Shown here piece after piece: positions 1-9,451 of a stretch of 64,000 nucleotides of DNA. Under the pieces are notes generated by a model, which was not told the origin of the DNA, ran no database searches, and saw only the letters and a list, made by a program, of their open reading frames with translations. The stretch covers positions 13,743 through 77,742 of the forward strand of contig JAPPBX010000017.1 in assembly GCA_026702755.1 (NCBI GenBank), read 5' to 3'. How positions within the stretch are numbered: position 1 is the stretch's first letter; each line of letters begins with the position of its first letter. The DNA is from Candidatus Poribacteria bacterium. Lineage in GTDB: Bacteria; Poribacteria; WGA-4E; WGA-3G. Made by a program: the position numbers and the translations under genes.

Positions 1-2
1 TA

Positions 3-1802
3 GACAGCCGCTTCACACAGAAATCGGGAATTTATACATTACAGTTGAGCGGAGGCACTCTGTTTGCCGGAACCTCTCTGGGAATCTACCGCTTCAAGAC
101 GGGAACTTGGGAACACCTACAGTTGCCAGTGGACAATACTGTGGTAGTGCGTTCTTTGGCGGTGTCTGAAGACACTATCTATGTCGCCGTAGAGGTAAAT
201 ATAATGGAAGGTGACGGAACGCCAGATGAAAATTACCATAATTTGTGTGACATCAGTAAAGATTCGTGGTGGGTATTCCGATCAACCGATGCAGGCGATT
301 CTTGGACAGATGTAACGCCTACAGATGCCCGAAATTTGATAATGAAAACGTTGCCGTCGATTAAACTGGTCGCATCTGGGAAAACTGTTTTACTGATAGG
401 TGGAGAGGAAGGCGTTGTGGCTCGCTCAACGGACTTTGGAAACACTTGGCGTTCCACAGAATCTTCCGGTATTACATCTATGCAGTTTAGTGTGGGTTCT
501 GCTGTCGCTTTAGACGAAAACACCTTTTATACTGGTGGCATCCCTGGAATCCATCAATCAAAGGATGGCGGTGAAACGTGGCACCGATTCAATACAAGGT
601 TTGAGTGCCGTGTGGATAATTTAATCAGTTTAGAGACGAGTCCAAATTCAAAAGCATCTAAGGTGCTGTACGCGACGGTTGTTGGCGGTGTGGTCAAATC
701 AACAGACGCAGGTAGTTCCTGGACTGCTGTTGACATCGAACGGGCAAGGTATACCCTTACGGTACCAAAGTTCAATGCGAAACTCAAAGATAGGGAAGAC
801 ACGCCGCTAATTGGACAGATTTCCGAAGTCAATGGTGTCCTATATGCAAAAGGGATTCGACGTAATTGTGAGACGGCCTACTATCGTTTAGATCCAGACA
901 AAAATTGCTTATTTCCTGTAGAGGGTTATATTTTTAGAGAGGGAAAGACACCGCCTTCGCGAGATTCAGGAAGGCTCATGTGGACCGTGTTCAAGGGAAT
1001 AACACTCCCCTTTGATTCTTACCGGCTACCGAAACAAGAGGGCCAAATTACCTTTACCAGCTCTACAGATCCGGACGCTGATTCTGAGGATTTATCAACG
1101 CAGATAATACGCGAGAATCCGAGATTTGGCGCAGAATGCTTTTTAAAACTGTTGGATCAAAAACAAGACGAGCATCAACTAACTTACACATTGATGTTGG
1201 AAGGCTTATACGGCAACTTCGCGGTGAGTGGAGAAACGTACTATATGGAGTACAACTATAAACTCTTCCGATGGAAACCGGGTGACACAAGATGGTCGGA
1301 TACCGGTGTAGAGGAAACTTGTGAACTCACGCGTGAAAATATGGGTCGAGGTTTTAAACTTGCTACATCGGGTGAAACAGTATACGTCGGTAAGCGGGAT
1401 GGACATCTCGTCCAATCGCTTGATGGTGGAGATAGTTGGAACGACATTACATCAAACCTACCGCTACCTGTTGCGCACTTCAATCAAATTGTCTTTGCCG
1501 ATTCGACGGTTCATATCGCAACTGACAAAGGCGTTTTCAATTCAATAGATGGTGTTGTGTGGAATGCAATCACCGATAAAGCGGGGAAAGACGTAATCAT
1601 TAAGTCGTTAGCAACAGCAGGGGATACTGTTTATGGCGCGAATGATGACGGCATCTATCACTTAGAAAAGGAAACAGGGACTTGGCAACAAATTGTGCCT
1701 GAAATTCCGGATACTATAACTTCTCTCGTTGTTGATAGAGATGCCTTTTACGTTGGCACCGAACATCGTGGCGTGCTCCGTTTTGAACGTTCTGAGTCGT
1801 AG
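3..1802 (+). CDS. BNR/Asp-box repeat (sortilin/Vps10-like beta-propeller) protein, C-terminal portion; the reading frame is open to the window edge, so the 5' end is missing
   Basis: Repeated SxDxGxTW Asp-box motifs (STDAGDSWTDV, STDFGNTWRS, SKDGGETWHRF, STDAGSSWTAV, SLDGGDSWNDI). It aligns along its whole length with the C-terminal 580 aa of ORF 5352..8447 (e.g. GNFAVSGETYYMEYNYKLFRWKPGD vs GNFAVSDETFYMEYNYKLFRWKPGD). There is no in-frame stop codon between nt 3 and the ATG at 45. Confidence 0.7.
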   Translation, partial: DSRFTQKSGIYTLQLSGGTLFAGTSLGIYRFKTGTWEHLQLPVDNTVVVRSLAVSEDTIYVAVEVNIMEGDGTPDENYHNLCDISKDSWWVFRSTDAGDSWTDVTPTDARNLIMKTLPSIKLVASGKTVLLIGGEEGVVARSTDFGNTWRSTESSGITSMQFSVGSAVALDENTFYTGGIPGIHQSKDGGETWHRFNTRFECRVDNLISLETSPNSKASKVLYATVVGGVVKSTDAGSSWTAVDIERARYTLTVPKFNAKLKDREDTPLIGQISEVNGVLYAKGIRRNCETAYYRLDPDKNCLFPVEGYIFREGKTPPSRDSGRLMWTVFKGITLPFDSYRLPKQEGQITFTSSTDPDADSEDLSTQIIRENPRFGAECFLKLLDQKQDEHQLTYTLMLEGLYGNFAVSGETYYMEYNYKLFRWKPGDTRWSDTGVEETCELTRENMGRGFKLATSGETVYVGKRDGHLVQSLDGGDSWNDITSNLPLPVAHFNQIVFADSTVHIATDKGVFNSIDGVVWNAITDKAGKDVIIKSLATAGDTVYGANDDGIYHLEKETGTWQQIVPEIPDTITSLVVDRDAFYVGTEHRGVLRFERSES

Positions 1803-1869
1803 TACCCAACACACATCACCTTGTTTGTTAGATACATGTTTTGTAAGTGTGCACATTGGAGCGTAATTA

Positions 1870-3381
1870 ATGCTAACAACACTCATTCGCCGGGAACTCC
1901 TTGATAACCTGATGACGTTCCGATTTGCTGCAGCTGCCTTGATTATGCTGTTGCTTGTCGTCGCGAATACCTCGGTGCTCATCACGGATCACGAGCAACG
2001 CTTGGCAAGCCACAATGCTGCGGTCAAAATGCATCAGAGGCAGCTTCAGGCGGCGAAAACGTATTCCTCAGGGATAAGGAAATTAGTCGTCGACCGACCC
2101 CCGAACCCGTTAAGCATTTTCAATGTCGGGTTCGATAAGCAGCTCGGAAACGAGGTTCAGATATCCCATTCGTATGTTCCATCGTTGTGGGACACCGGGA
2201 TGCATGGGTCGGACAATCCGTTTATGGATATGTTCGCTTCGCTGGATATTGTTTTTATCTTTGAGGTGATTCTGAGTTTATTGGCACTGATTTTCGCCTA
2301 CGATACGCTCGCTGGAGAATATGAACGTGGCACATTACGTCTGGTCTTGACACATCCGGTCCGTCGCGGGCATATCCTGCTTGCCAAATATATCAGTGCG
2401 ATGCTTTGCTTACTTGTGCCGTTGCTAATGAGCCTGCTCCTTGCAGTCATCTTGCTGACGATGACCCCTTCCATTTCTCTGAACACCGGTGATTTTTTGC
2501 GGATCGGAGGGATTATTTTAACCACCGTTGTATACCTTTCCGTATTCTATCTCATCGGACTGTTGATTTCGGCGGCGACGCGTCGGACCAGAACTGCGTT
2601 GATGCTCTCCATGTTTGTGTGGGGATTTTTGGTTCTTGTCTATCCGAATATGATTCTTGCCGTGGTCCCGCAACCGGAGGCACCGCAAGCGCGCCGGGCA
2701 TCCGCTTTTAATCAAATCGAACAGATGTGGGAGGAATTTGACAGAGACCGGAAACGGTTCCTCGCCACCGACGCGCTCCCAGGGGAAGACTGGCATTTTA
2801 ACATTCTGGGCAGTGGCGGGTATAGTGAAGGTCTTTGGGGTGACCCTAGTCGCTTGTTGTATGCCTACAACAGCAGCATGTCGGCTGGCAGCCTTAACGA
2901 TGAAGCTGAACCTAAGATTCCGCACGCCCAGAATTATTTCGGTTTCCTCGGGACCCAGGTTATCGGGACAGCAGACCAAACATGGCTCATCCGAAAGCCC
3001 GCACTGGAAGGCATCTTCACTCAACCCGCAAACGTGGAGCGACTCTATCTGAAACTCTCGCCCGTGGGACTGTATGATGCCGCAACACAAGCCTGGGCTG
3101 GCACAGACCTGCGCGGTGTCAGAGATTTTCTTGACGCTGCGAGACGACACAGACAGCGCGTAATTGACTATCTCTATGATGAAGAGGTATTCAAGTCTCG
3201 ACAGTGGTTTTCTTCGGACAAAGGTGCCGCAGATTGGAGCAATCTACCGCAGTTCTCTTTTCAAAGGGTCGATGTGAACACAAATGCAAAGCGAGCCTTA
3301 CCGGATTTAAGCATACTACTCATGCTTAATGTCATTATTTTCATCGTGATATTTCTGATTTTCATCAAAAGTGAAGTGTAA
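1870..3381 (+). CDS. ABC-2-type permease-like membrane protein (family A) with a large C-terminal extracytoplasmic domain and a terminal TM helix
   Basis: N-terminal TM helix; ABC-2 hallmark E-x-E-x-GTL (YERGTLRLVL); five further hydrophobic segments; about 220 aa of hydrophilic domain; a final TM helix (ILLMLNVIIFIVIFLIFI). Paralog of 9452..10987 (shared NPLSIFNVG, SDNPF, WFSSD[KR]GAA). Confidence 0.6.
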   Translation: MLTTLIRRELLDNLMTFRFAAAALIMLLLVVANTSVLITDHEQRLASHNAAVKMHQRQLQAAKTYSSGIRKLVVDRPPNPLSIFNVGFDKQLGNEVQISHSYVPSLWDTGMHGSDNPFMDMFASLDIVFIFEVILSLLALIFAYDTLAGEYERGTLRLVLTHPVRRGHILLAKYISAMLCLLVPLLMSLLLAVILLTMTPSISLNTGDFLRIGGIILTTVVYLSVFYLIGLLISAATRRTRTALMLSMFVWGFLVLVYPNMILAVVPQPEAPQARRASAFNQIEQMWEEFDRDRKRFLATDALPGEDWHFNILGSGGYSEGLWGDPSRLLYAYNSSMSAGSLNDEAEPKIPHAQNYFGFLGTQVIGTADQTWLIRKPALEGIFTQPANVERLYLKLSPVGLYDAATQAWAGTDLRGVRDFLDAARRHRQRVIDYLYDEEVFKSRQWFSSDKGAADWSNLPQFSFQRVDVNTNAKRALPDLSILLMLNVIIFIVIFLIFIKSEV

Positions 3382-3553
3382 AATGGCTATCAGCGGTCAG
3401 GTCGCTGCGCTTTCAGCAATCAGTTAAGAAACCTATGTGACGGTTGCTCGTGTGCTCACTCCCACAAACTGCTGATTACCGACTGCACTTACTAATATAG
3501 CACAATCACTCTTTGCTGAAGGCTCATTGCTGACAGCCGACAACCATAAAAAA

Positions 3554-4978
3554 ATGTGGCATATTGCGAAACGCGAACTTTATGATAATCTCAATAGCCT
3601 CCGATTTGCCCTGGCAACGGTGTTGTTGCTCGGCTTGATGTTGACCAACGCGATTGTACATCTCCGAGAACATCCGAAACGCGTCCAGAACTCTCGCAAT
3701 TATGTCGTCGAATATCAGAATCGCTTAGCATTTCATGCTGGGGATAGTTTGTATAAACTCGCCGAGCAGGGACCCGGGGACCTCCATAAGCAGCCATCTG
3801 TCCTCCGTTTCTGTGCAGAAGGCGGTGAGGCGTTTCTACCAAATTATGCGATAGGTGGTGCCGACCGTTGGGGACACGGCGGCCAACCGCCCTTAGAAAG
3901 TTTCTGGATACTGAACTATCCATCGGCCACCCCTGACCTGCATAATGTTCGCACAAACGTCACCAAAGTGGATTGGGGTTTTATCATCGGTTACGTCTTA
4001 AGTCTCATCGCGCTCCTATTCACCTTCGATGCGATTTCCCACGAACGCGAACGAGGCACACTGCGATTGATGTTGGCGAACTCGATTCCGCGTCATACCG
4101 TCCTGATTGGTAAGTTTTTAGGAGCATTAATCAGTATAAACATTCCTTTCACGCTTGCCGTCTTGGTGAATCTCTTAATGATTTCTACGTCAAGCGATGT
4201 ACACCTTAGTGCGGAGGCGTGGGGGCGTTTAGGGCTCATTTTCTCTATTGCGCTTTTGTACATAAGTCTATTTCTGGCGTTGGGGCTGCTTGTGTCGGCA
4301 CGTGTACAACGGAGCGCGGTGAGTCTCGTGATACTCCTCTTGGCTTGGGTCACCTTTGTCGTTTTTATGCCCAGTACACTCGTTTCGATTGCAGGGCGTT
4401 CTGCCCCGTCAACGTCTACTCTCGGATTTTCTGAACGCAGTGCTCAACTTGAGGAGGAACTTCTGCGCGAATACTACACGCTCCAATATGGTTCAAATAA
4501 GCCTTTAACTCAAATCCAAATATTACAAGTGGCAGGCGAGTTCGTCACCAAAGACGCAGCGCAGCAGGAACGCCTGCATGAAGAACGCTTAAAACAGCAA
4601 ATTTCTCAGGTCCGTCGGGCGCGTGCGATCACCCAAATTTCACCCGTCACCATTTTCTATCACCTCCTTGAAGCCTTTGCTGGAACGGGGTTTGAGCGAC
4701 ATTTGCAATTTTTAGAGAACGTTAAATCCTATGCCCAACAATTTCGGGTTTTCATCGCTGACACCGATCAAACCGATCCGGAGAGTCTTCATATCTTTGG
4801 GGTTCGTGAAGGGATGTCGCAGAAGCCTGTCGCTTCAGAGGCGATTCCAAAATTTGAAGATACCTTGAGTCTCAATAAGGACTTCAACACAGCAGCAGTC
4901 GATCTGTTGTTGCTAACGTTGTTCGTTGTAGTTTTACTATCCGCGGCGTATCTCGCGTTTGTCCGTGTCGAGCTTTAA
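3554..4978 (+). CDS. ABC-2-type permease-like membrane protein (family B)
   Basis: ERGTLRLML motif, multiple TM segments and a C-terminal TM. Paralog of 11149..12603 (MWHIAKRELYDNL vs MIWHIAKKEIYHNL; DPESLHIFGVREGMSQKPV vs DPESLHIYPVREGLSQKPV). The ATG at 3554 is preferred over the upstream TTG at 3527 because the paralog starts at the equivalent Met. Confidence 0.6.
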   Translation: MWHIAKRELYDNLNSLRFALATVLLLGLMLTNAIVHLREHPKRVQNSRNYVVEYQNRLAFHAGDSLYKLAEQGPGDLHKQPSVLRFCAEGGEAFLPNYAIGGADRWGHGGQPPLESFWILNYPSATPDLHNVRTNVTKVDWGFIIGYVLSLIALLFTFDAISHERERGTLRLMLANSIPRHTVLIGKFLGALISINIPFTLAVLVNLLMISTSSDVHLSAEAWGRLGLIFSIALLYISLFLALGLLVSARVQRSAVSLVILLLAWVTFVVFMPSTLVSIAGRSAPSTSTLGFSERSAQLEEELLREYYTLQYGSNKPLTQIQILQVAGEFVTKDAAQQERLHEERLKQQISQVRRARAITQISPVTIFYHLLEAFAGTGFERHLQFLENVKSYAQQFRVFIADTDQTDPESLHIFGVREGMSQKPVASEAIPKFEDTLSLNKDFNTAAVDLLLLTLFVVVLLSAAYLAFVRVEL

Positions 4979-5351
4979 CGCAAGCAAATCTTTCTTGTCT
5001 ACATATTCTGAATTTTCTTTTTAAACCTTTTCGATGAAAACCCCCCTCTTTGTAATTACAGTAAAATATACAATCACTTGAACATTGCGGAAGCGAAGAT
5101 ACAATCACCTTGCAATTTCGGGAAATATGACAGTATGAAGTTGGATTTCACTATGTTCTTGAGGATCTATGATCCTCTGTTGGATTTAAGAGATATTTGG
5201 GGCACCCACATCTGTCTCTTCAGTTCCGTTCAACCCAACCTACAGAAGACCTTGAAAAATAAAGATTGCAGAATTACGAAACTTTTTTATTTAAAGTAGC
5301 ATCTTAAATGTTAATATGAATTGATGAACATACCCTTTTCAGAGGTGTCCG

Positions 5352-8300
5352 ATGAAAAACAACGATGCTCAACTCATCCAACGCGTGCTTGAAGGCGATG
5401 ATACTGCGTTCTCCGTGCTTGTGAGAAAATATCAGAAATCCGTTCACGCACTGGCGTGGCGGAAGATCGGGGATTTCCATATCGCCGAGGATATTACACA
5501 GGATACCTTCCTGCAAGCGTATCAAAAACTCTCAACACTGAGAAAACCGCAGCGTTTCGCGGGTTGGCTCTATGTGATAGCAGCGAACTACTGCAAAATG
5601 TGGCTGCGTCAGAAACGTTTATCAACCCAGTCGTTGGAAAACACAAGCAGCGCGCAATTAGAAAAAGCAACCTATTCTGGATATGTTATTGAGGAAAACG
5701 AGCGGACAACAGCAGAAGCACAGCGCGAGATCGTCAAAAAGTTGCTTGCGAAGTTACAAGAGAGCGAGCGTACAGTCATCACCCTTTACTACCTTGGGGG
5801 AATGAATTATGAACAGATAAGCGAGTTTCTGGGTATGTCGGTTAGCGCGATTAAGAGCCGACTCCACCGAGCAAGACAACGATTAAAGAAGGAGGAACCG
5901 ATGATTCGAGAGGCTTTAGGCAACTTCCAAATTACACCAAATCTATCAGAGAATATTATGCGGGAGATTTCGCGTATGAACCCAATTGCGCCATCTAGCA
6001 GTAAACCGTTGGTGCCGTGGGCAATCGGCGTTTCCACATTAGTCGTTGTCTTTTTGATGGTAGGCGTTGGCAGTCAATACCTGTCGCGTTTCCAGAAACC
6101 CTACAGTTTCGATGCGACTTCGGAGATGACAGTTGAACTCATTGAAGCACCTATCGTGCTGAGCCTTGAATCCAAACCTGATGTCCGGACGCAGCTCGGA
6201 AACGTCAATACGCCAAGTAAGAACAATGCCTCTCATCGACAGCCTAATAAGGAAAAGTCTGTGGTTCACGAAACCTTGAAAGATTTCCAACACTCAGACG
6301 ATCTCGTGGAGGACATCATGAAATGGACTCGGGTACGTGAACCGGGTATATTGGGCGAAGTAGGTACCCTGTCAGGGACTTCGGAAAATACGCTCTATAC
6401 CGTTATAGGCGACAGGAGTATCTATAAGCTGCCATCGGGTGAGGAGGCGTGGCAACTTGTCGATGACACCTTCCTATATCAAAACACCGGCGGTAATATA
6501 CCCATAGCAGAGCGGGATGGTACACTTTATATTATCTTATCCAATGAATTGTATGCTTCCACTGATGATGGCGAAACTTGGCACTTCGTCGGCACCTGCC
6601 CCCAAGGGTATGTTAGGGAATTGAGGGTTACAGAAGATGCGCTTTACCTTTGTCTCAGTGACGGTATCTTCCGATCCGATGACGCTGGAAATTCTTGGAA
6701 GGATATAAGCAATGGCTTAGATGATCGCTTGTCCGAACACTCAGGAATTCATTCGTTACAAATGAGTCAAGGCACGCTATTTGTGAAAACCGATCTCGGA
6801 CTCTATCGTCTTGAGGCGGACACTTGGCAACACTTACGATTACCAGTAGATGAAGCCGTGCATGTTGGTTCTTTAGCGATATATGAGGACGAAATTTATG
6901 TCATAGCATCAGTGAATATTTTGGATTTCTATGGGGCTCCGAAAGATATTTGGGAGCGATTGTGGAAAGGCGAGATGCGTTCGTGGTGGATTTTCCGATC
7001 AACCGATGGGGGTGACGCATGGAAAGACATAACACCCATGAACGCTTGGAATCTGACGGGCTTCCGTCCGGATATAACGTTGATTACGACACGGAATACA
7101 CTCTTGGCAATCGGGAATGATGACGGTATGGTAGCACGCTCGGTTGATAGTGGAGACACTTGGACATCTATAGCGTCTTCAGGGATTTCTCCCATACAGT
7201 TCAGTGTGCGATGCGCTGTAGCTTTAGATGGAAACACATTTTATACGGGTGGCAGCAGTGGGATTCACCGTTCAACTGATGGTGGTAAGACGTGGCACCG
7301 CTTTCATACCGGACTGGAAAGTCGTGTTGATAATTTAGTTAGTTTCGTGGCAGATCAGGCACCAGACAGGTCTGCAGCACTTTACGCCAGCGTGGGTAAA
7401 CATTTTGTCAAATCGAACGATGGCGGAACATCCTGGGAGGCTGTCAGCTTGGCAGTGAACCCCAGTGCCCGTTTATCCCAAAAGCAACAACCGGAAATTG
7501 TGCAGGTAGCAAAAACTAATGGGGTGCTCTATGCAAAAGGAATTCAAGAAATTTATGAGACTGCTATTTTTCAGTTGTCTTCCGATGGTAATACTCTCAT
7601 CCCCGTTACAGGAACACCCCCTTCTTTAAGTTCATCTGGACTGGTGCAAAAAGTACTGGCGGGCAAGCGTTTCACTTTCAGAGACGAAAGACGATCAGTG
7701 CCGGAACTTCGCGTTGGCTTTTCTGGTGTAGCTGATGCCTTATTGGATGATTTATCAAAGACCCCTGATTTTGGGGCAGACAGTTTCTTTGAAAGATTGG
7801 TAGAGAGGCAAATAGACCCTCGAGTGGTCTATGAGTTAATACGGGAAGGATTATGGGGTAACTTCGCAGTCAGCGATGAAACGTTCTACATGGAATACAA
7901 CTATAAACTCTTCCGATGGAAACCTGGTGACCCAGAATGGCACGACACCGGTTTGGAGGAGACCGGTGAACTCCGTCGCGAGACCTTGTGGAGAGGCTTT
8001 AAAATCGCTGCATCGGACGGAACCGTCTATGTCGGTAAGCGGGATGGACATCTCTTACAATCGCTTGATGGGGGAGACACTTGGAATGATGTCACACCAA
8101 ATCTGCCCTTCTCTATCGAGCATTTCAAAGAGATAGTCTTTGCAGATTCAACGGTCTGCGTCGCGACTGATAAAGGGGTTTTTTATTCAAAAGATGGCGT
8201 TGTCTGGAATGTCCTTGTCGATGAGACGGGAAAACCTGTTATCATCAAGTCGTTATCTACAATAGGGGATTCCGTTTACGGTGCCAACGATGAAGGCATC

Positions 8301-8447
8301 TATTATCTACAAGGTGAGACAGATACTTGGGAACAAATTGCCCCAGAAGTTTCAGGTGTCGTGACTTCTCTCGTTGTGGACGAAAATATGTTTTACGTCG
8401 GCACGGAACGACGAGGTGTCCTGCGTTTTGAACGTACCAGCAGATAA
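5352..8447 (+). CDS. ECF sigma-70 factor fused in-frame to a transmembrane helix and an extracytoplasmic BNR/Asp-box beta-propeller domain (one-polypeptide sigma/anti-sigma-like sensor)
   Basis: Sigma-70 region 2 (FSVLVRKYQKSVHALAWRKIGDFHIAEDITQDTFLQAY). Region 4 HTH (ERTVITLYYLGGMNYEQISEFLGMSVSAIKSRLHRARQRLKK). Then about 45 aa, then a TM helix (WAIGVSTLVVVFLMVGVGSQYL). Then about 750 aa carrying Asp-box motifs (STDDGETWHF, SDDAGNSWKDI, STDGGDAWKDI, SVDSGDTWTSI, STDGGKTWHRF, SNDGGTSWEAV, SLDGGDTWNDV). A GGGG/SD-like sequence and the ATG lie at 5340-5354. Confidence 0.75.
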   Translation: MKNNDAQLIQRVLEGDDTAFSVLVRKYQKSVHALAWRKIGDFHIAEDITQDTFLQAYQKLSTLRKPQRFAGWLYVIAANYCKMWLRQKRLSTQSLENTSSAQLEKATYSGYVIEENERTTAEAQREIVKKLLAKLQESERTVITLYYLGGMNYEQISEFLGMSVSAIKSRLHRARQRLKKEEPMIREALGNFQITPNLSENIMREISRMNPIAPSSSKPLVPWAIGVSTLVVVFLMVGVGSQYLSRFQKPYSFDATSEMTVELIEAPIVLSLESKPDVRTQLGNVNTPSKNNASHRQPNKEKSVVHETLKDFQHSDDLVEDIMKWTRVREPGILGEVGTLSGTSENTLYTVIGDRSIYKLPSGEEAWQLVDDTFLYQNTGGNIPIAERDGTLYIILSNELYASTDDGETWHFVGTCPQGYVRELRVTEDALYLCLSDGIFRSDDAGNSWKDISNGLDDRLSEHSGIHSLQMSQGTLFVKTDLGLYRLEADTWQHLRLPVDEAVHVGSLAIYEDEIYVIASVNILDFYGAPKDIWERLWKGEMRSWWIFRSTDGGDAWKDITPMNAWNLTGFRPDITLITTRNTLLAIGNDDGMVARSVDSGDTWTSIASSGISPIQFSVRCAVALDGNTFYTGGSSGIHRSTDGGKTWHRFHTGLESRVDNLVSFVADQAPDRSAALYASVGKHFVKSNDGGTSWEAVSLAVNPSARLSQKQQPEIVQVAKTNGVLYAKGIQEIYETAIFQLSSDGNTLIPVTGTPPSLSSSGLVQKVLAGKRFTFRDERRSVPELRVGFSGVADALLDDLSKTPDFGADSFFERLVERQIDPRVVYELIREGLWGNFAVSDETFYMEYNYKLFRWKPGDPEWHDTGLEETGELRRETLWRGFKIAASDGTVYVGKRDGHLLQSLDGGDTWNDVTPNLPFSIEHFKEIVFADSTVCVATDKGVFYSKDGVVWNVLVDETGKPVIIKSLSTIGDSVYGANDEGIYYLQGETDTWEQIAPEVSGVVTSLVVDENMFYVGTERRGVLRFERTSR

Positions 8448-8629
8448 GCATATCCCTCATACATAAAAACATAACTGATCCGAAAAACTTAAAACTATGG
8501 TGAATTGTAAAAATAAGTTTACATTTCGTCGGGGACCCGGTAGGCAGGGTTTCCTGACTGGGTCAGTAGAAAAAATGTCTGCTTATTTTTGGGATTCACC
8601 ATAAATGACCCTAACGAGAGGAAAATAGA

Positions 8630-9451
8630 ATGGAAAAACTATTTGATTACGCTGTGCTATTTAGTGCGTTGATGCTTATTGCAGCAGGCTACGCTGCGGC
8701 AGATATTGCTGATGGCCTTGCGGTTCACTTTACGTTCGATTCCGTCAAAGGCAAGCGAATTCTTGACGAGTCCGGCAACGGTCTGGATGCCGAAGTTATC
8801 AAAAACACTCAATTTGTCAAGGGCAAATACGGAAAAGCAATTCGTATCACTGGTGAAACTGAAGATTGCGTGAATATCCCGTCCTCGGATGCCTTAAAAA
8901 TCAGTGATGAAATTACGATGATGGCATGGGTGTATCACGAAGATTGGACGCGGAGTTCTTCCCAATGGTTTGATAAGGGGTGCTATTCTAAGCACACTGA
9001 ATCTTACGGTATGGTAGTCTGGGGTAAAAAGGATTTTCCGGAACTAGGAGCCCTTGAAACGGACTCAGTGGTCTCGATGCTTGTTGGGGGTGCAGACTTG
9101 CAGCAAAGCATTACTACACCGAACGAAATGAAGCATAGGACATGGCATCATGTCGTCGGAACCTACGGTGATAAAGCTTTAAAAATCTATCTTGATGGAA
9201 AAATAATTGCTAATTTACCTTCACAGGTTGATGACTTCTTCGGCACCAACGAGGAGGATTTGCGGGTTGGCTGTGCGAAAAATAAACCGCAGTACGCATT
9301 TGAAGGCGGTTCCATTGATGAAGTTGCGATATGGAGTCGTGTGCTCAGTGAAGATGAAGTCAGAACCGCGATGCAGGGCCCCTTGCTCGCAATCTCGCCG
9401 AAGGGTAAGGTCACTACGACGTGGGGCAATATGAAGCGGAAGGCGTTTTAG
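8630..9451 (+). CDS. Secreted LamG_3 / concanavalin A-like lectin-glucanase superfamily protein (paralog 1)
   Basis: Signal peptide MEKLFDYAVLFSALMLIAAGYAAA. LamG_3-type motifs (GLAVHFTFD; ITMMAWVY; C-terminal IDEVAIWSRVLSEDEV). GAGG RBS. The stop codon abuts the next ATG (TAGATG at 9449-9454). The C-terminal tail is GKVTTTWGNMKRKAF. Confidence 0.7.
   Translation: MEKLFDYAVLFSALMLIAAGYAAADIADGLAVHFTFDSVKGKRILDESGNGLDAEVIKNTQFVKGKYGKAIRITGETEDCVNIPSSDALKISDEITMMAWVYHEDWTRSSSQWFDKGCYSKHTESYGMVVWGKKDFPELGALETDSVVSMLVGGADLQQSITTPNEMKHRTWHHVVGTYGDKALKIYLDGKIIANLPSQVDDFFGTNEEDLRVGCAKNKPQYAFEGGSIDEVAIWSRVLSEDEVRTAMQGPLLAISPKGKVTTTWGNMKRKAF

Noticed and set aside
2518-3150. Long antisense or overlapping ORFs inside the large genes (e.g. 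2518..3150, 3591..3956, 14341..14655, 15664..16068, 18629..18967, 19098..19598, 42550..43047, 52800..53228)
   Set aside because: Each lies entirely within a longer, well-supported gene on the other strand or frame, and none has an RBS or recognisable domain. I treat them as non-coding shadows.
5352-8447. Possibility that the 1031-aa ECF-TM-BNR ORF is an assembly artefact merging a sigma gene with an anti-sigma/propeller gene
   Set aside because: No stop codon or frame change is visible in the given sequence. The ORF is continuous and the linker is short and plausible. I report it as a genuine fusion and flag the junction for read-level verification.
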